This document shows positions 37,900 through 49,699 of a DNA stretch of 64,000 nucleotides, piece after piece. The stretch comes from Raillietiella orientalis (Eukaryota). The notes beneath the pieces were generated by a model that saw only the letters and a list, made by a program, of their open reading frames with translations, did not search any database and was not told the origin of the DNA. The stretch lies in contig JAYWIR010000010.1 of assembly GCA_036172245.1 (NCBI GenBank), positions 3,906,001-3,970,000 of the forward strand. The letters run 5' to 3'. Each line of letters begins with the position of its first letter. Position 1 is the stretch's first letter. Position numbers and translations under genes: made by a program.

Positions 37900-38480
37900 C
37901 TTCAGATGGAATGAATCCGTGGGTTCAGCAGAAAAGATGGTGGTAGGCGAGGGGGAAAGGGGTCGAACCGCCAGTTACAGAGGAAGAGCTTCTCAAAGTG
38001 CGCAATGGTAACATTGGTTCGCGGCAGCATTTCCAGCATTCGCTCTCTCATCGTGGGTAGAGCGAAATGATGGGGTGCGGATGTGCGGAACCTCTCCTTC
38101 CACGCAACTCGTTTTTCAAAGGCTGCTTCCCGAGCGCAGCCTCCCTCGCTCTGTGCATGCGATTCATCGCTTACTTGCCTTCCATGCTGCGTCTCTGAAG
38201 CAGAGGTGCCTGAAAACAGCTGTGATTCCGGAACTTGACAGAGGCTTTCAACAAAGAGAGAGGGGGGAGGAGAGAGAGAGAGATGCCTGGAGCCCTGAAG
38301 ATACGAACCAGAACATTGGTGATCTGCATGAGATAAAACGACAGGATGCTTGCCGTGCAAGAGCAATTTGTCGTGTGGACGGACAACAAGGAAACAGTGG
38401 GAACTGCCCGCAGTGCAGGCAGGAACAGACTCTGTTAGGCTGACGAGATTCGAAAGGAATAAAAGGAAAGTCAGTAGCAC
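37900..38480 (-). pseudogene. IR fragment (S1)
   Basis: FLVVRPHDKLLLHGKHPVVLSHADHQCSGSYLQGSRHLSLSPP resembles the S1 lobe. Confidence 0.35.
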
Positions 38481-38679
38481 TTTTATTCGAAAATCCAGCA
38501 GATGCCACGCACCTTTGGATTATCTTGGGTTCCCTTGGATCACGAGCGGACCCGGTTTGCTCCACGCTGGGCAGCTGAAATTCCTTCCATGATCATCCTT
38601 TGATTGCATGTTTTCTCAACCAATTCGCTGTTGGCCGACTTAATTAATGATTTCGACGTTAGCTAACTTAAGCAAGGCA

Positions 38680-39200
38680 ACCAAGGAAACCGGGATCGAG
38701 TTTCTCCAGAAGACGAAACAACAGTAAAGATAGGAAGAGAGAGACCTGTTAAGGGAGAGGAAGGGAGAGGGAGAATGTATATATCTGTATATGTACATCT
38801 GTACTTGAGGAATGAAGTCGTTATGCGACTTCTGCAGCGGCTGTCAATATCCCTGCTTAGCTTAATTTTCCTCATGGCGACATTTTCCAAGGGGATTTGC
38901 TTATTATAGCCTTGGGATGCACTCTTCCATCTCATGCCCGCAAACTGCGAAACTATCTTCCCTTCCTAGGAACGATCTCGAGATCTCAAACACATTATTT
39001 GTATCGCTAAGAAAAGAAACTGAAATTTGTATCAACAAATTTGACGGATTCAAATTGAACGGGAAACCCCATGAATAAAAAAATCCCACTAATAAGGCAG
39101 CATCCATCGTCCCGATAGCGGAGCTGCATGTGCCTGTTCTCAGGGATTAAGTGGCTACTACAACTCCCTGCTTCGAAAAACTGGAAACTGCTCCTCGTCC
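38680..39200 (-). pseudogene. Possible IR fragment (M3-M4)
   Basis: LLVGFFYSW..SNLL; VAMRKIKLSRDIDSRCRSR; PLTGLSLPIFTVV. Weak. Confidence 0.3.
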
Positions 39201-39279
39201 TCAAGTCTTGCCATCTATGTCATGGACTGTTTCGTAATCTACCCTAATGCTTCTCGACTAGGAAGTAATGCTTGGTGAT

Positions 39280-40770
39280 AAAGTAATAATAGGATGTGAA
39301 TAAACAGAACGATGAGGGAAGGCAAATGTTTTTTTTCATGCTGGGAACGAACGTGCTTCCCGATTCCTCTCTCGTCTGCTCATCTGCCGGCATTTTGGTG
39401 TCGTTAAACACGTCGCTCAGTCTGCAAGCACACCAGGAGCCCTCGTTCAAGACTGCCTGGTTCCATCTCCCGAAGAGGCTGACAAGTGCGCCTTCTGCTT
39501 TCCTTTCGAATGGGTACATGGCACGCCACTGAAGAACATCCAGCCAGCCGCCTTCCGTCCGGGTCTGAGAGCCTTGAAAAAACAGCAAAACAGAAGCATC
39601 CAAAAGGACTACCCGTGAGGTCACTATTGGCCTTTTTCAAAAAACAAAAAACAAATCTAAGGAAATCTGAAATGACATAATAGATCCCATGATGGTTTTC
39701 CATATTCTCCCAACGCACCTCAATAATATCCTTAAATAATGAGCCTACATCCTTGTTCTTGCTACGAACTGATGGCCAACCCATTCTCAAAATGGATTGG
39801 AAACTGTCAGGGGATTTGGCTGTCCAGGGTGACGAGAAAGAAACAGTAGTGGGCTTTCGAGTCTTCCGCGGAAGAACCAAAGCAGACAAGGCGAAGGAAG
39901 GAGAGCAAGTACAGAGGATTGGCTCATCACTTGACAGATAGGGGAGCACCAGCATCGTAGGACCCAGCTAGCAACGGCGAAGTCAGCATTGAGTTAAGTA
40001 TCTCAAGGTAAGAGCGCATCAGGAAGGGAATGGGGTGGTCAAACAAACATGATACTGTAGAGATATGTACTGGAAGCACGGGCTGAGCCACCAGACGAGA
40101 CGAAGTCGTGAGACCACAATACTAGTGGAGGATGAAACGGAGAGGGTAGGCAGGCGGCGAAGATAGCGGAGAATCCCCTGGTCATTGGTGGCACTCCCTG
40201 GCAGATCATTTGTAAACACAGACATGAATAAAATTGACAGTTCTTTCCGCTCAGAGATGATGATGCTCTTCCACGTGGAGCATCTTTGGCGATGACTGTT
40301 CCCGCTTGGAAGAGCCATCACATTCTCGTCTTCATTAACGAAACATTCGCTTTCGGAAAAAAAAGATACAAAAAATGAGGTGTCCCGTTGTATGGTGGTT
40401 CCATTAAAATGAACAGCAATGAACAGACAGACAGATGATACTTGTCGAACATCCACCTGTGTTGCCACAACCTAGGAGGTCTCTGCCTCGTAGGTCTCTA
40501 GAGATAGCTGGAGGTAACAAATCTTCGTTCTCCTGAATACAGAATCACATCCTGCACCAAGAGATCTGCCCTCGACTTTGAAAAGAGAGAAGAAATTCTG
40601 CGTATTTCGTTTGAAAGCAAACAGCCTCACTACGCTGAGGAACACGTTCTGTTGGTCCTGTGTTTGGTGACGTAGGCTTTGCGTGACCTCTTCTGTGCCT
40701 TGCGGAACTACAAAGTCTTCTGAAGCTGTTTTCGAATCAGCGTGAGAACTGGAGGGAAGCTGCATGGGAC
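39280..40770 (-). pseudogene. IR pseudogene
   Basis: S1 VRLFAFKRNTQNF..GRSLG (40472..40765); LFIAVHFNGTTIQRDTSFFVSFFSESECFV (40019..40468); M3 PILCTCSPSFALSALVL..TVSFSSPWTAKSPDSFQSILRMG (cf. LxSFLTxP..PIDSxxDL) and S2 PIRKES..SLERGLL (39404..39955). Confidence 0.65.
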
Positions 40771-41521
40771 GAACAAGAGTCGAAACAACTCCGCTGCTAT
40801 GACTGCGAATGATCTCGGCGTCTCGATTCCTGGATCATAACCGGACGGCTGAGTTCTGGAAGAGGAGCCCTGAGGATATATCGTGCTGAAATCTGCATTT
40901 CATATGATGCTTTGAAAGATAAGATGCAAAATAGGGGAGAATCCAGCGTGAAATGATGCTCGACCCGAGTACGATTCGAAGAGATCCTATTAAGATAAGA
41001 ATCTGGAGTCTGATGGAAGTTTGCAGCGTGGAAGTGAAAGCTTGCGGAGCGCGCTCCTAGAAACATCCAGCAGAGCATCCAGGTGTTTCGTTCCTCAAAG
41101 CTGTTTTCAGAGCGATTTACTTATTACATCTTAACCAGAAAATCGGACTGTTCCAGGATGAAATGCGAATAAAAACTTAAATAGAGTAAAAAAAAAAAAA
41201 AGTGCTAGAATTTTTTTTCCTCTCCTTTCCTCTCTATTGTCCATTGTTTTTTTTTTTGTTGTTGTTTTAACATTCCGATTGTATTTTAACAAGATTTGAA
41301 GTGCTTGCTTATTTTTAAAAAAGCTATTTCTACAGCGGATCACATTTATGTAAAAGGTTCATCTGCCATGTGATACTGTAAAAATATTCAGGTCCACGCG
41401 ATCTGTGACCGGTTTCCCATCTTACACAAGAATGACTATCATCACAGTATTGTATGGCCTTTCCCTATACAAACAACAAATACGCTATTCTGCAGTTCCA
41501 TTAGATCACATGGACTTGGCG

Positions 41522-41733
41522 CTAGGAAAGCAAAAAGCAATCTAATTTAGTTGTCCAAGCACCACCATAGGCTTCCGAGAATCGATCCCGAAAGCTCCGT
41601 GAAGCTTCCTCTTCATTCTGCCCAACAGCTAAAGCTTTCCGGAGGTATTCAATGCCATCAATTGACGAGAGTTCCATTGATCCCTTTTCCATATAGATAG
41701 CATGCGGTGATAATTCCAAGTTCTCTCCCATGC
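41522..41733 (-). pseudogene. Disabled C-terminal fragment of class I PI3-kinase catalytic subunit (p110-alpha-like)
   Basis: ELSSIDGIEYLRKALAVGQNEEEASRSFRDRFSEAYGGAWTTKLDCFL aligns by eye with the p110-alpha C-terminus ([43 protein letters not shown]). The upstream HG..IIT..GI is in another frame (frameshift). The conserved terminal W and H are replaced. Confidence 0.85.
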
Positions 41734-41989
41734 TGTGTTTTTATTTTAGAAGAGGAAAACAGAAAAGAACCTGAATTGAAATCAGATGTAGGATTTTCGC
41801 TTTTGCTTCTTCTTACTGCATCGAGATCACTGTGTGCCGATGACTGAGCGAACGCTTCTGTAGACAACCCCATGGGGAGCGGAATCTTGCTTTGAAGATA
41901 AGCGTACCGTCATTAACAGAGCTTTAAATGCATCTTCAATTTATTCACTGACATCTTCAATTCAGACCTGCGCTGCACTGCGTAGAATG

Positions 41990-42600
41990 GGGAACAGAGT
42001 CAATGCTAACTTATGGATTCCTGAGTGCAAAATTCAGCATCCAACCATGAGAGTCGCTGAGGTGGTCGAGATTTCGAATGAGATAAGCCAAGGGGGAATA
42101 ATTGCTTGTTTCTTTGTTGGATGCATTCAATACTTCTGGTTCCTCAATTTCTTTCCTCCAAGCAAGCACGGAATCCCCGATTCTTTGCTATTCCTTTTCG
42201 TTTTCCTCTTGCTTCCGTGCCCTCATTGCTCGGCGGATGAGATTCCGTTCATCTTCGACGTCTACCTCTTTACTCCATGCAGCTACAACCGGCGGGGAAT
42301 TCCAAATCCAATCCAATCTGATTATTCGGCCGTTTCGGAACTTTTTCTCCAGCTTCTGCGGTTCACTGGCGTTCTCTATAAATTCGAAGAGCGCCAACTT
42401 TCAACTTTCTTTCCTTTTTTTTTTTCCCCCCCATCTCCTTGAAGGACCTTGCTTCGAAATGTTCCATACAGCGCCGGTGATCTGTGCTGCGTTCAGCAGC
42501 AGACTGAACTGCCGAAGAAACTAATGAATTTATTTAGGCAAGCGCTCTTCGCGCTAAGAGCTCCTCCCCTTTCGCCTAGCCACTGACCCGGTCGACGACA
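41990..42600 (+). pseudogene. IR fragment
   Basis: EISQGGIIACFFVG..FLNFFPP (S1); PILCYSFSFSS (pre-M1); IRPFRNFFSSFCGSLAFSINSKSANFQLSFL (M3-like). Confidence 0.45.
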
Positions 42601-42899
42601 CCACGTTTGCAAGGAAATAGTACCCTGTAGTGGGAAGCATTAGCAATTACAATGTCAAAGGAGAATGGCGATACTTTCGAACACGAACATGTCGAGCCCG
42701 GTGCGTTTTATAGGAACAGCATTTACAGTGGTGCGAAGTAACAGAGGTGTGTGCCATACTTCGCTTAGAGTCACCCGGGTGGATGCTGGTTGCAGAGGCA
42801 GACAGCGCCGGTGCACCTGCTCCGTGGAAACTTCTGGGAAGCGAAACTCCGAGGGACAGCTCAATGTAAACATAATTAGTAGGAGAATTCGGAAGGGAC

Positions 42900-44300
42900 A
42901 ACTCCTGGATGCTGAACAAGTGCAGCATGGAGAAGACAATCGGAAGAGATGCGTCGTGGTAGCAAGCCGTTACACTCAATGGTATCTTGAAAAAGTAGTA
43001 GGAGAAACTCTGCTCTCCAAGTCGAAAAGCGGGAGCCACTCCAGAAGAGAAGATGGGTACGAATATAAAGATTATCCATTACATTTCTAAGACGAGGCAA
43101 GCCACGTTCTATTAAGTGGACGAATGCATCGTGAAGTACTTCCCTCCACTGGACGCTCATTGATTGAAAGCATACCGTGTTAGTTAATGGATATTCATTC
43201 TTCAGGCATTTCGAAACACTCCTCTAAGGCTGTTTTCTTCTTCTTCTTCCTTGCCTTCTTTGGTGCAAGATCAAAAACTTTTCGAGTTCTGTAAGGGAAA
43301 CAAAAACAAATTTGATAACTGATGGAATGAAAGCGAGATCTTTGCCACTCTACATCCTTCTTCCTCATGCACGCACGCTTCTTAAAATCAGTCAGTGAAC
43401 ATGTTGCAAGGTGTAATTAACCTTGGGATCGAGCCGCTTCCATCAGAAAACAAAGTGGGAATGACTGAGCTCTTGAAACACACGTGTTAGCTCTCCTTCC
43501 ACCACGAGTGGAGACACTTTTGAGAATGTCAGAGAACCGTGGTAGAAGAAAAATGCTCTTTTAGGAGTTGCATAGGAACGATATGTGTTTTCACCCCTGC
43601 TTTGTTCACGAACACGTGTCTGTTGAGCGCACTTGCCGCATGATTTCCAAATGCTCAGGACCAAAGGTCTCCAAGAAGAAGAACAGTTGCCATCGCAACG
43701 GAAAATCAAACGAAGTTTCGTTCCAAAAAGGAGGGAGATCGCTTTCTTCTAGCAGCCAGAAAGAATGCTTTTAGTGACTTCGTTTGGCTTTGAGAGCTTG
43801 CAAGCTGCCTTGTTCTGTCAGCTCCGCGAATTCATGACTTGCTAATCAACGCGGTCATCCTGCTGATGCCTTGCTTCGGCAATCTTCCTTGGAATGATCC
43901 CTCAACATGCCTTCAATCTGTTTTCCGAAAAGCGTCCTTGGTCTTCCATTCAGTTTCCACGCGTGATTTGCAGGGTGAAGATTTTTCCGCAGCAGGCGTA
44001 GCTGCTCTTTCAGCAAGCTCTCACTTGGAATTTGAAAGTTTCCAATGCTGTAGCCCATTTCCATCTTCTGCACCTCTCTTTCAGAGCAATTCCTCTGCTG
44101 TGCCAACACACAGGAAGACGATCCCCTTCCATCCTCGAGCATTCATCCGACCTTTTTGATCCGAATTCGTGAAAGAGCGGATCTTTCTTGAAGGGACTCT
44201 CATTCCAATGGCAAACCCCCCATATTTCAGCTTTGAAAGAAACTTCATTTTGCCTTTCGGATTCTGTGGACAATAAATGGGATTAACGGAGTGTTGCACG
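42900..44300 (-). pseudogene. IR pseudogene
   Basis: WNESPFKK..MEGDRL; LAQQRNCS..IEGMLRDHSKED (cf. WxGMLGDLxRxEAD); WRPLVLSIW (M1); KRAFFF..LVVEGELT (M3); WREVLHDAFVHLIERGL (S2); RAEFLLLLF (M4). Confidence 0.6.
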
Positions 44301-44749
44301 TTGCAGCACAATCGAACGCAGCGTCGCACAGAGGTCCTGCAACACGTAAGGGGCATGAAGAGTGAGGAATAAGATGTCTTGGCCACTTACATTTCGTCCC
44401 AATAAATTGGTCTTTCTACAGAGCATCTTTCAGTCAGCTCCACCGTCCTCTAACACATGAGAAATGGTAACGATTAAGAGATATGCTCATCTTTCAGGGG
44501 ATGTGCTTCTCCTCTGCGCGGATTGCAGTTTTATCATCTTGGATTTTGCAGAGCAGGTACCCCCTTGATTTGAATTTTACGAGTCTCATAGCTGTTTTCT
44601 TTACTGTTCGAAGAGTTTTTGTTCTGTTCCCTTCTGCCATTAATTAAAGAAGGTGAAAATTCTATGCGGAGAAAGAAACAGTCGGCGCATTTTCTTCAGC
44701 CATTTCGCTCCTTTGCTGACCATGTGTTCCAGAATTTTGGTTTGAAATA

Positions 44750-45830
44750 ATGAAAGTCAACAACCTGTTTCTTCCAGATGCTTCCACGCTTTCAAAGTTG
44801 CCGGCGTTTCGTGGAAAATTCGCTGGAGGAGCCTATAAAACGCTCCATCATTTCGGATGTACCGGGACTGCTACTCCATGGCAACTAATTATTTGTCAGG
44901 AAAGTCTTTGGCTTCCACGAGAAATGAGATAAATTACTTTTCATTGGTCCTTAAATGGCGCAGAGAAAACAACGTAAAGCACCAATTATCTCATGTGATG
45001 GTGCCTCCTTTTTCGTTTTATTTATGCATTCGACAGACGCATTCACTGGCTCCTTTTTGTTTACAGTTCTGGAACTTCGGCGATCGGGAACATGCTTCAT
45101 TCAAAAAAAAAGAAAGAAAGAAACGGTTTCCGTCGGAAAAGAATGGCAGCAGGGAACAGCAGCAATTTGGAATCCCTGTCAATTTACTTGCTTTAAAGGG
45201 ACACAAGGATTTCTTGACCTCGAAATCGCTTGCACATCTTTTCAAAATTTCCTGTGTTCACGTTTGATTATCTCTCCAATAGTCTTCCTTTTGTTCTCCA
45301 CTCTAATTGTCCTCTGCCTGAATTTGAACAGCTGTTTTGATATTGCACCACAAGTTGACGACCGCATGGACAATAGGATGCTTCGGAGGGAAATTTCCAG
45401 GAAGAGACGATGCTACTGTACATACATATTCAAAGCTCCGGTCGGATGATTTGCGAGCTGCTTATCTCCGGCGTTTCGAAAACGCAAGGGCTGCAGCTCT
45501 TGCGGGAAAATTTTGCAACGTTCTGGATGGCCGGTTCGGGATTTCGAGATGCCAGACGAAGCAAATGGGCCGTCTCTGAGGGATGGTGGAGCCACCGGAA
45601 ACTCTGGCGGGCCACGGGCCGGAGGGTTTTCGCCAGCGCGGTGCCCCAAGAGCGCCGCCACGTTTGCGCGGGAGCCATCCGCCGGTGCGCGGGGCACTCC
45701 TAGCGGAAGCGCGAGTAACCCTGCTTGCCATATGCCGAAATTGCCGTGAGGAAGGAAAGAGACTTGCCCCCTCTGTACTTTTGTTCGAGTTTTATGAACC
45801 TGCAGTGTGTGGTCCATTGGAACCATTTAG
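44750..45830 (+). pseudogene. IR pseudogene
   Basis: STRNEINYFSL..MVPPFSFYLCI (S1 end, M1; 44857..45267); VFLLFSTLIVLCLNLNSCFDIAP (M3; 44955..45449); GFRQRGAP (S2) and RLAPSVLLFEFY..CG (M4) in 45583..45843. Confidence 0.6.
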
Positions 45831-45855
45831 GACACGTTTATAGTTTTGGAAAGAA

Positions 45856-46950
45856 ATGTTTTGCATTTTGGTTCTTGCTGGGCGTATTTTTATTAGCATG
45901 ACCATGTGCTTCCGCTGGTCTTTAACGGCTCTAATCTTTGATGCAGACCAGGTTATTTTGAGCCTCGAGGTTCTTGAACAGCCGTGGGTTTCCTGTTTCT
46001 TATATTTAGCTGCTTCGATGGACGTGTGGGCGTACATTTCAGTAAATAAGAGGCGGATATCCATGCTTCACGTGTTCGTCCGCGCGAAACCGATGGTCGT
46101 TTACATGAAGACCTTGCATATAAAAATTTCGGAGATCTGATGGAAAGGAAGGAAGCTGCTAAAGAGATCCGGAGAATCATTTTTCTCTACTGGGGCGACT
46201 CCCGGCAGCAGATTCCAATGAATTTTAGATCAAGGGCAAGTCAGAAAGAATTAAAAATCGAACGGTCGAAGGGATGCTTTTACACAAATACACGACTTTG
46301 GGCTGGGGAAAAAAAAAAAAAAAAAACGCAGACCGAGGCGTGTCTCATTTTTCAAGTACCCGGAAGTGTCACGTGCTCAGCCAGCAGTGCGTATCCTCGA
46401 TAATGAGTCTGCTGCTTCTCCTAACCGCAAGAGTGAAGGGGAAGTGGTACTCTTTTGGAGACGGCGCGCCCAAGTCGCCACCGAGAAAGCGAAATCCTTC
46501 GTACGGGGCGGACATTTTGCGGACATCCCGGCACTCGGCCACTTCACGAAAAGGTCGAGTCGAAGAGAAGGTGCTCGAAGGAACACGGGGCGCAAGGACA
46601 CGGACTTCCGAACGCGGCTCTCTGACGATAACTCACTGGAAAAAACAATGGTGAATTAGGAGTTCCGAGTTTATGGAACCATTCGACAAGAAGTTTTCCT
46701 CCATTTCGGGGCCTTTATTTTTATTTTCGTTTTTCTTTCCTGCGGCGCACTGCTGCGAGATGCACGGCTGAACGTTACGTAAGTCCATGTGGTCAGCCAA
46801 GGTGAAAATTGAATCGCAGCGAAGGTGTGCGTGAGAGGTAAACAACTTCTTTTGAGCAAGAGACGCAGTGCTTCGGTGCAACCAAGTGCTTTACCTATTG
46901 GATCCTGAGTGGTTCCAGTTTTTCTTTTTATGGGCTTCATGAAGAGTCAA
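45856..46950 (+). pseudogene. IR pseudogene
   Basis: LAGRIFISMTMCFRWSLT (S1); SMDVWAYISV (M1); MSLLLLLTARVKGKWYSFGDGAP (M3); FLSCGALLRDARLN (S2). Confidence 0.55.
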
Positions 46951-47159
46951 CTCCAATGCTACTTGTGGTTACGAACGGTGGTTTTGAAACCAGAAGCTCG
47001 CACGCCAGGAATAAAATAACATTACTGCTCTTTCGATGTTCTTTTTGCTAGTCCTCGGTAGAAAAATGACAAAAAACAAGCAGAAGTGTTGCTGGAAACG
47101 GCTTCATTCCAAAGAAATGCCGACCGGAGAAAATAAACGGGAAAAAAATCCAGGAGAGC

Positions 47160-48980
47160 CTGAAGGTGCTCATGACAGGAGGGAAGGGCAGTAGTGTGGC
47201 TTTCCTGGCTCTCCCGCTAACAGCTACAATGTTATCCTTGTTATCCTCACGCGCCGAAGAGATGGGAAAAGCGTTTCTGCCTCTGCCAGTATCACCAAAG
47301 AATTCAGTGAGTTCGCGGGTGGGGCAGGTGGAATCGAGACAGCCATCAGCGCGTACGGAACAGAAAGAAAATTATGGTGCCGACTACTTTCCTGGCGTCG
47401 CTGGTTCCAATTTTGACAATGCTCTAATGAGGAATGGGTCTAATGAGGAATGCGAACCCTTGCATCTTCCGACTGGGGTTCTCAAGGGTAGAGGGGGTCT
47501 ACCTAATGGATGGGCCTGAAGTATTCACTGCCAGGTACGAGCTTTGTTCGGAGCCGTGAGGCACGAGTCGATCGTCTCGTTCATGGATTCCTAGTCATGC
47601 TGAGTCACTTCTTGCCGATGAGAGAGAAGAGGGGAAAAAACGGCGCTGCTGCGGAAGAGAGCAGGAATCCGGGGAAGAAAATCTGGAATCTCAGGCCGAT
47701 GGATCCTTGGATACCATTCTACTTCCCTGAATCGGCGAATCCCAGCTTCTTTCCTTCTTTCCCTCCCTCCCTCTCCCTCTTCCTATTCCACAACTTCAAA
47801 CGAAACTTCACGAGTTTTAAGCAGTGTCCCTTCTCGTGTCTTGGAGAACACCATTTCCAGACTTTCCAAGTGTGCTTTCTAAAAGTGCTTCGAAATTTAA
47901 AAAAAAGCAAAAAAAACACTATTATCCCTGGTCTTCAGATTCTGGACAGTCGTTTTCTCCCAGTCGAGCTGTGGAAGTCTCTGGATCTCAACTCCTTGAG
48001 GTTCACCCTCTCCTGTACAGATTACACGTAGGAAGCTGTCCGTGCAATCATGATCTCCGAAGATGCGATCTGCATCATCGGCTCAAAGCTCAAATTGAGA
48101 AATGCTGCCGTGGATCAAGCAAGGGCAGCCCGATTCAAGGAAGCTCCTGCAACTCTTTCCTTCCGAAGAATGCCTCTGTTGCTTTGCGCTGTTGGCACTG
48201 TTGCTATGCGTGTTGCTGCTTCCGCGACTTCCCCATCATTTCCCACCGTGGACAACACTCAGAGCAGAGCTTTTCGTCGGAGACCTGATTGCACATGCAC
48301 GCCGAAGAATTCTGAGGCCATTTATTGAGATAAAAGCGAGTGTTCCCCTCACAGACAAAGCAGAATTTATTGGTGATCAGACAGCAGAGACAGTATCTGT
48401 TCACTGATTTATTTTCTGGTTGAGACCATTTTTTCCATGAAGAGGTCCGCCGGATTGCTTGAGGTTTCGATTTCAAGTTGATCTTAGTTCGTACGGGAAG
48501 CTCTGGAGTGTAAGTTCTGGGGCTGGAGAGAGCAACACGAAATGTGTTTGAAAATGGAAAAGATGAGCTGAGCAGGGAGCCCAATCACCAGAGGAATGCA
48601 TTCATTACATCGCCTGAAATTTGGAAAGCACTCTATAAACGAACAATAATCCGAGGAATCGTAAATCTTTTGGAACAAGGAAAGAATTCGCTGGCAGGAC
48701 CATTCTGTACAATTAAAACCAGGAATCGATCCATTCAACAAAAGTTAATTCTATTTCGCAAAAGGTCGCTGAGCGGGAACCGTCGCCGACCAGGAGCTCT
48801 CGTAGTTTGAATGAGCACAGCTCCGGTGCTGGGAGGACGGGGCCAGCAAAGCCATGCAACGATCTTCTACCGGAAGCTACGGGCTCCGGGATCGTCAACT
48901 CTCAAGATGCAAGAGCGCCGTTCCAGAATTCGGTTTCTCCAGTGTTTGCTCGAAAGATTGATGCACCCGCTGATCTCAAG
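47160..48980 (+). pseudogene. IR pseudogene (most legible copy)
   Basis: GKGSSVAFLALP..QKENYGADY..RNGS (S1); RFLPVELWKSL (M1); AVDQ..PATLSFRRMPLLLCAVGTVAMRVAASATSPSFPTV (cf. AYSATLISFLTV); NAFITS..SIQQKL..SLSG (S2); VNSQDARAPFQ (M4). Frameshifts and stops lie between blocks. Confidence 0.7.
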
Positions 48981-49018
48981 CGCTCTGAACTTTGCGACCG
49001 GCTTTCCGGATTCTGTTC

Positions 49019-49021
<3 letters not shown>

Positions 49022-49050
<29 letters not shown>
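49022..49050 (+). repeat. Poly(A) tract (29 nt)
   Basis: Uninterrupted A run. Confidence 0.95.
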
Positions 49051-49052
<2 letters not shown>

Positions 49053-49099
49053 AGAAGGAGTTTTTGAGCCACAGATGGAGTCGTTCGCGGGCAACAGGT

Positions 49100-49350
49100 C
49101 TCGAATACTGCGCTGGGAAACCTCTGGATTGCTCAAACGCCAATGTGGAGATCAGGCGAGAGAAGACTTGCCCGAGACGAAGCAGAAAGCTGGTGACGGT
49201 GGATCTGCTTTCCCATTCTTTTGCTAACTTCCATAGATTTGTGATGTTTTGGGGAGGTCGCTGGACCAAATGAGAGAAATTCTGTAGAACAAGATGCTTG
49301 GATGTTTTTTTGCTCCAGCGGTCTCGCGAAAGAAAAAAATGGTCAGCTGA
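49100..49350 (-). pseudogene. IR fragment (S2-M4)
   Basis: HFFLSRDR..LVLQNFSHLVQ..NITNL..LLRLGQVFSRLISTLAF (48976..49383). Confidence 0.35.
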
Positions 49351-49699
49351 GAGATTCCCGATTCCCCCCCCCCCCCAAAGCAAGGACTTCTCCTGAACAA
49401 GAATGCAAATTCAAGGAAAAGAAAGAAGTTATTTAAGGAGTGAAATCACTAGAAAGTAAGCGAAAGATTAGTAACCAGGGGGGGGGGGGGGAAAGGGCTG
49501 AATTAATTGGTTGATATCAAACAAACGTTATCATACTTTTCAGGTCCAACAGCTGGGGTAAGTAGTGAATCGATAGCGTGGCGTGACCGATAATAATAAT
49601 AATGTTAATTAACCAAGGGTCCATTCTCAAAGAGTTTTTTTTTTTTTGAAAATTCAGCGGTAATCCACAACGCAGAGTACAGGAAAAGAACCCACTAGC

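Noticed and set aside
45560..45680. Integrase zinc-finger-like GTALAKTLRPVARQSFRW on the minus strand
   Set aside because: Isolated, and antisense to the S2 region of a colinear IR remnant.
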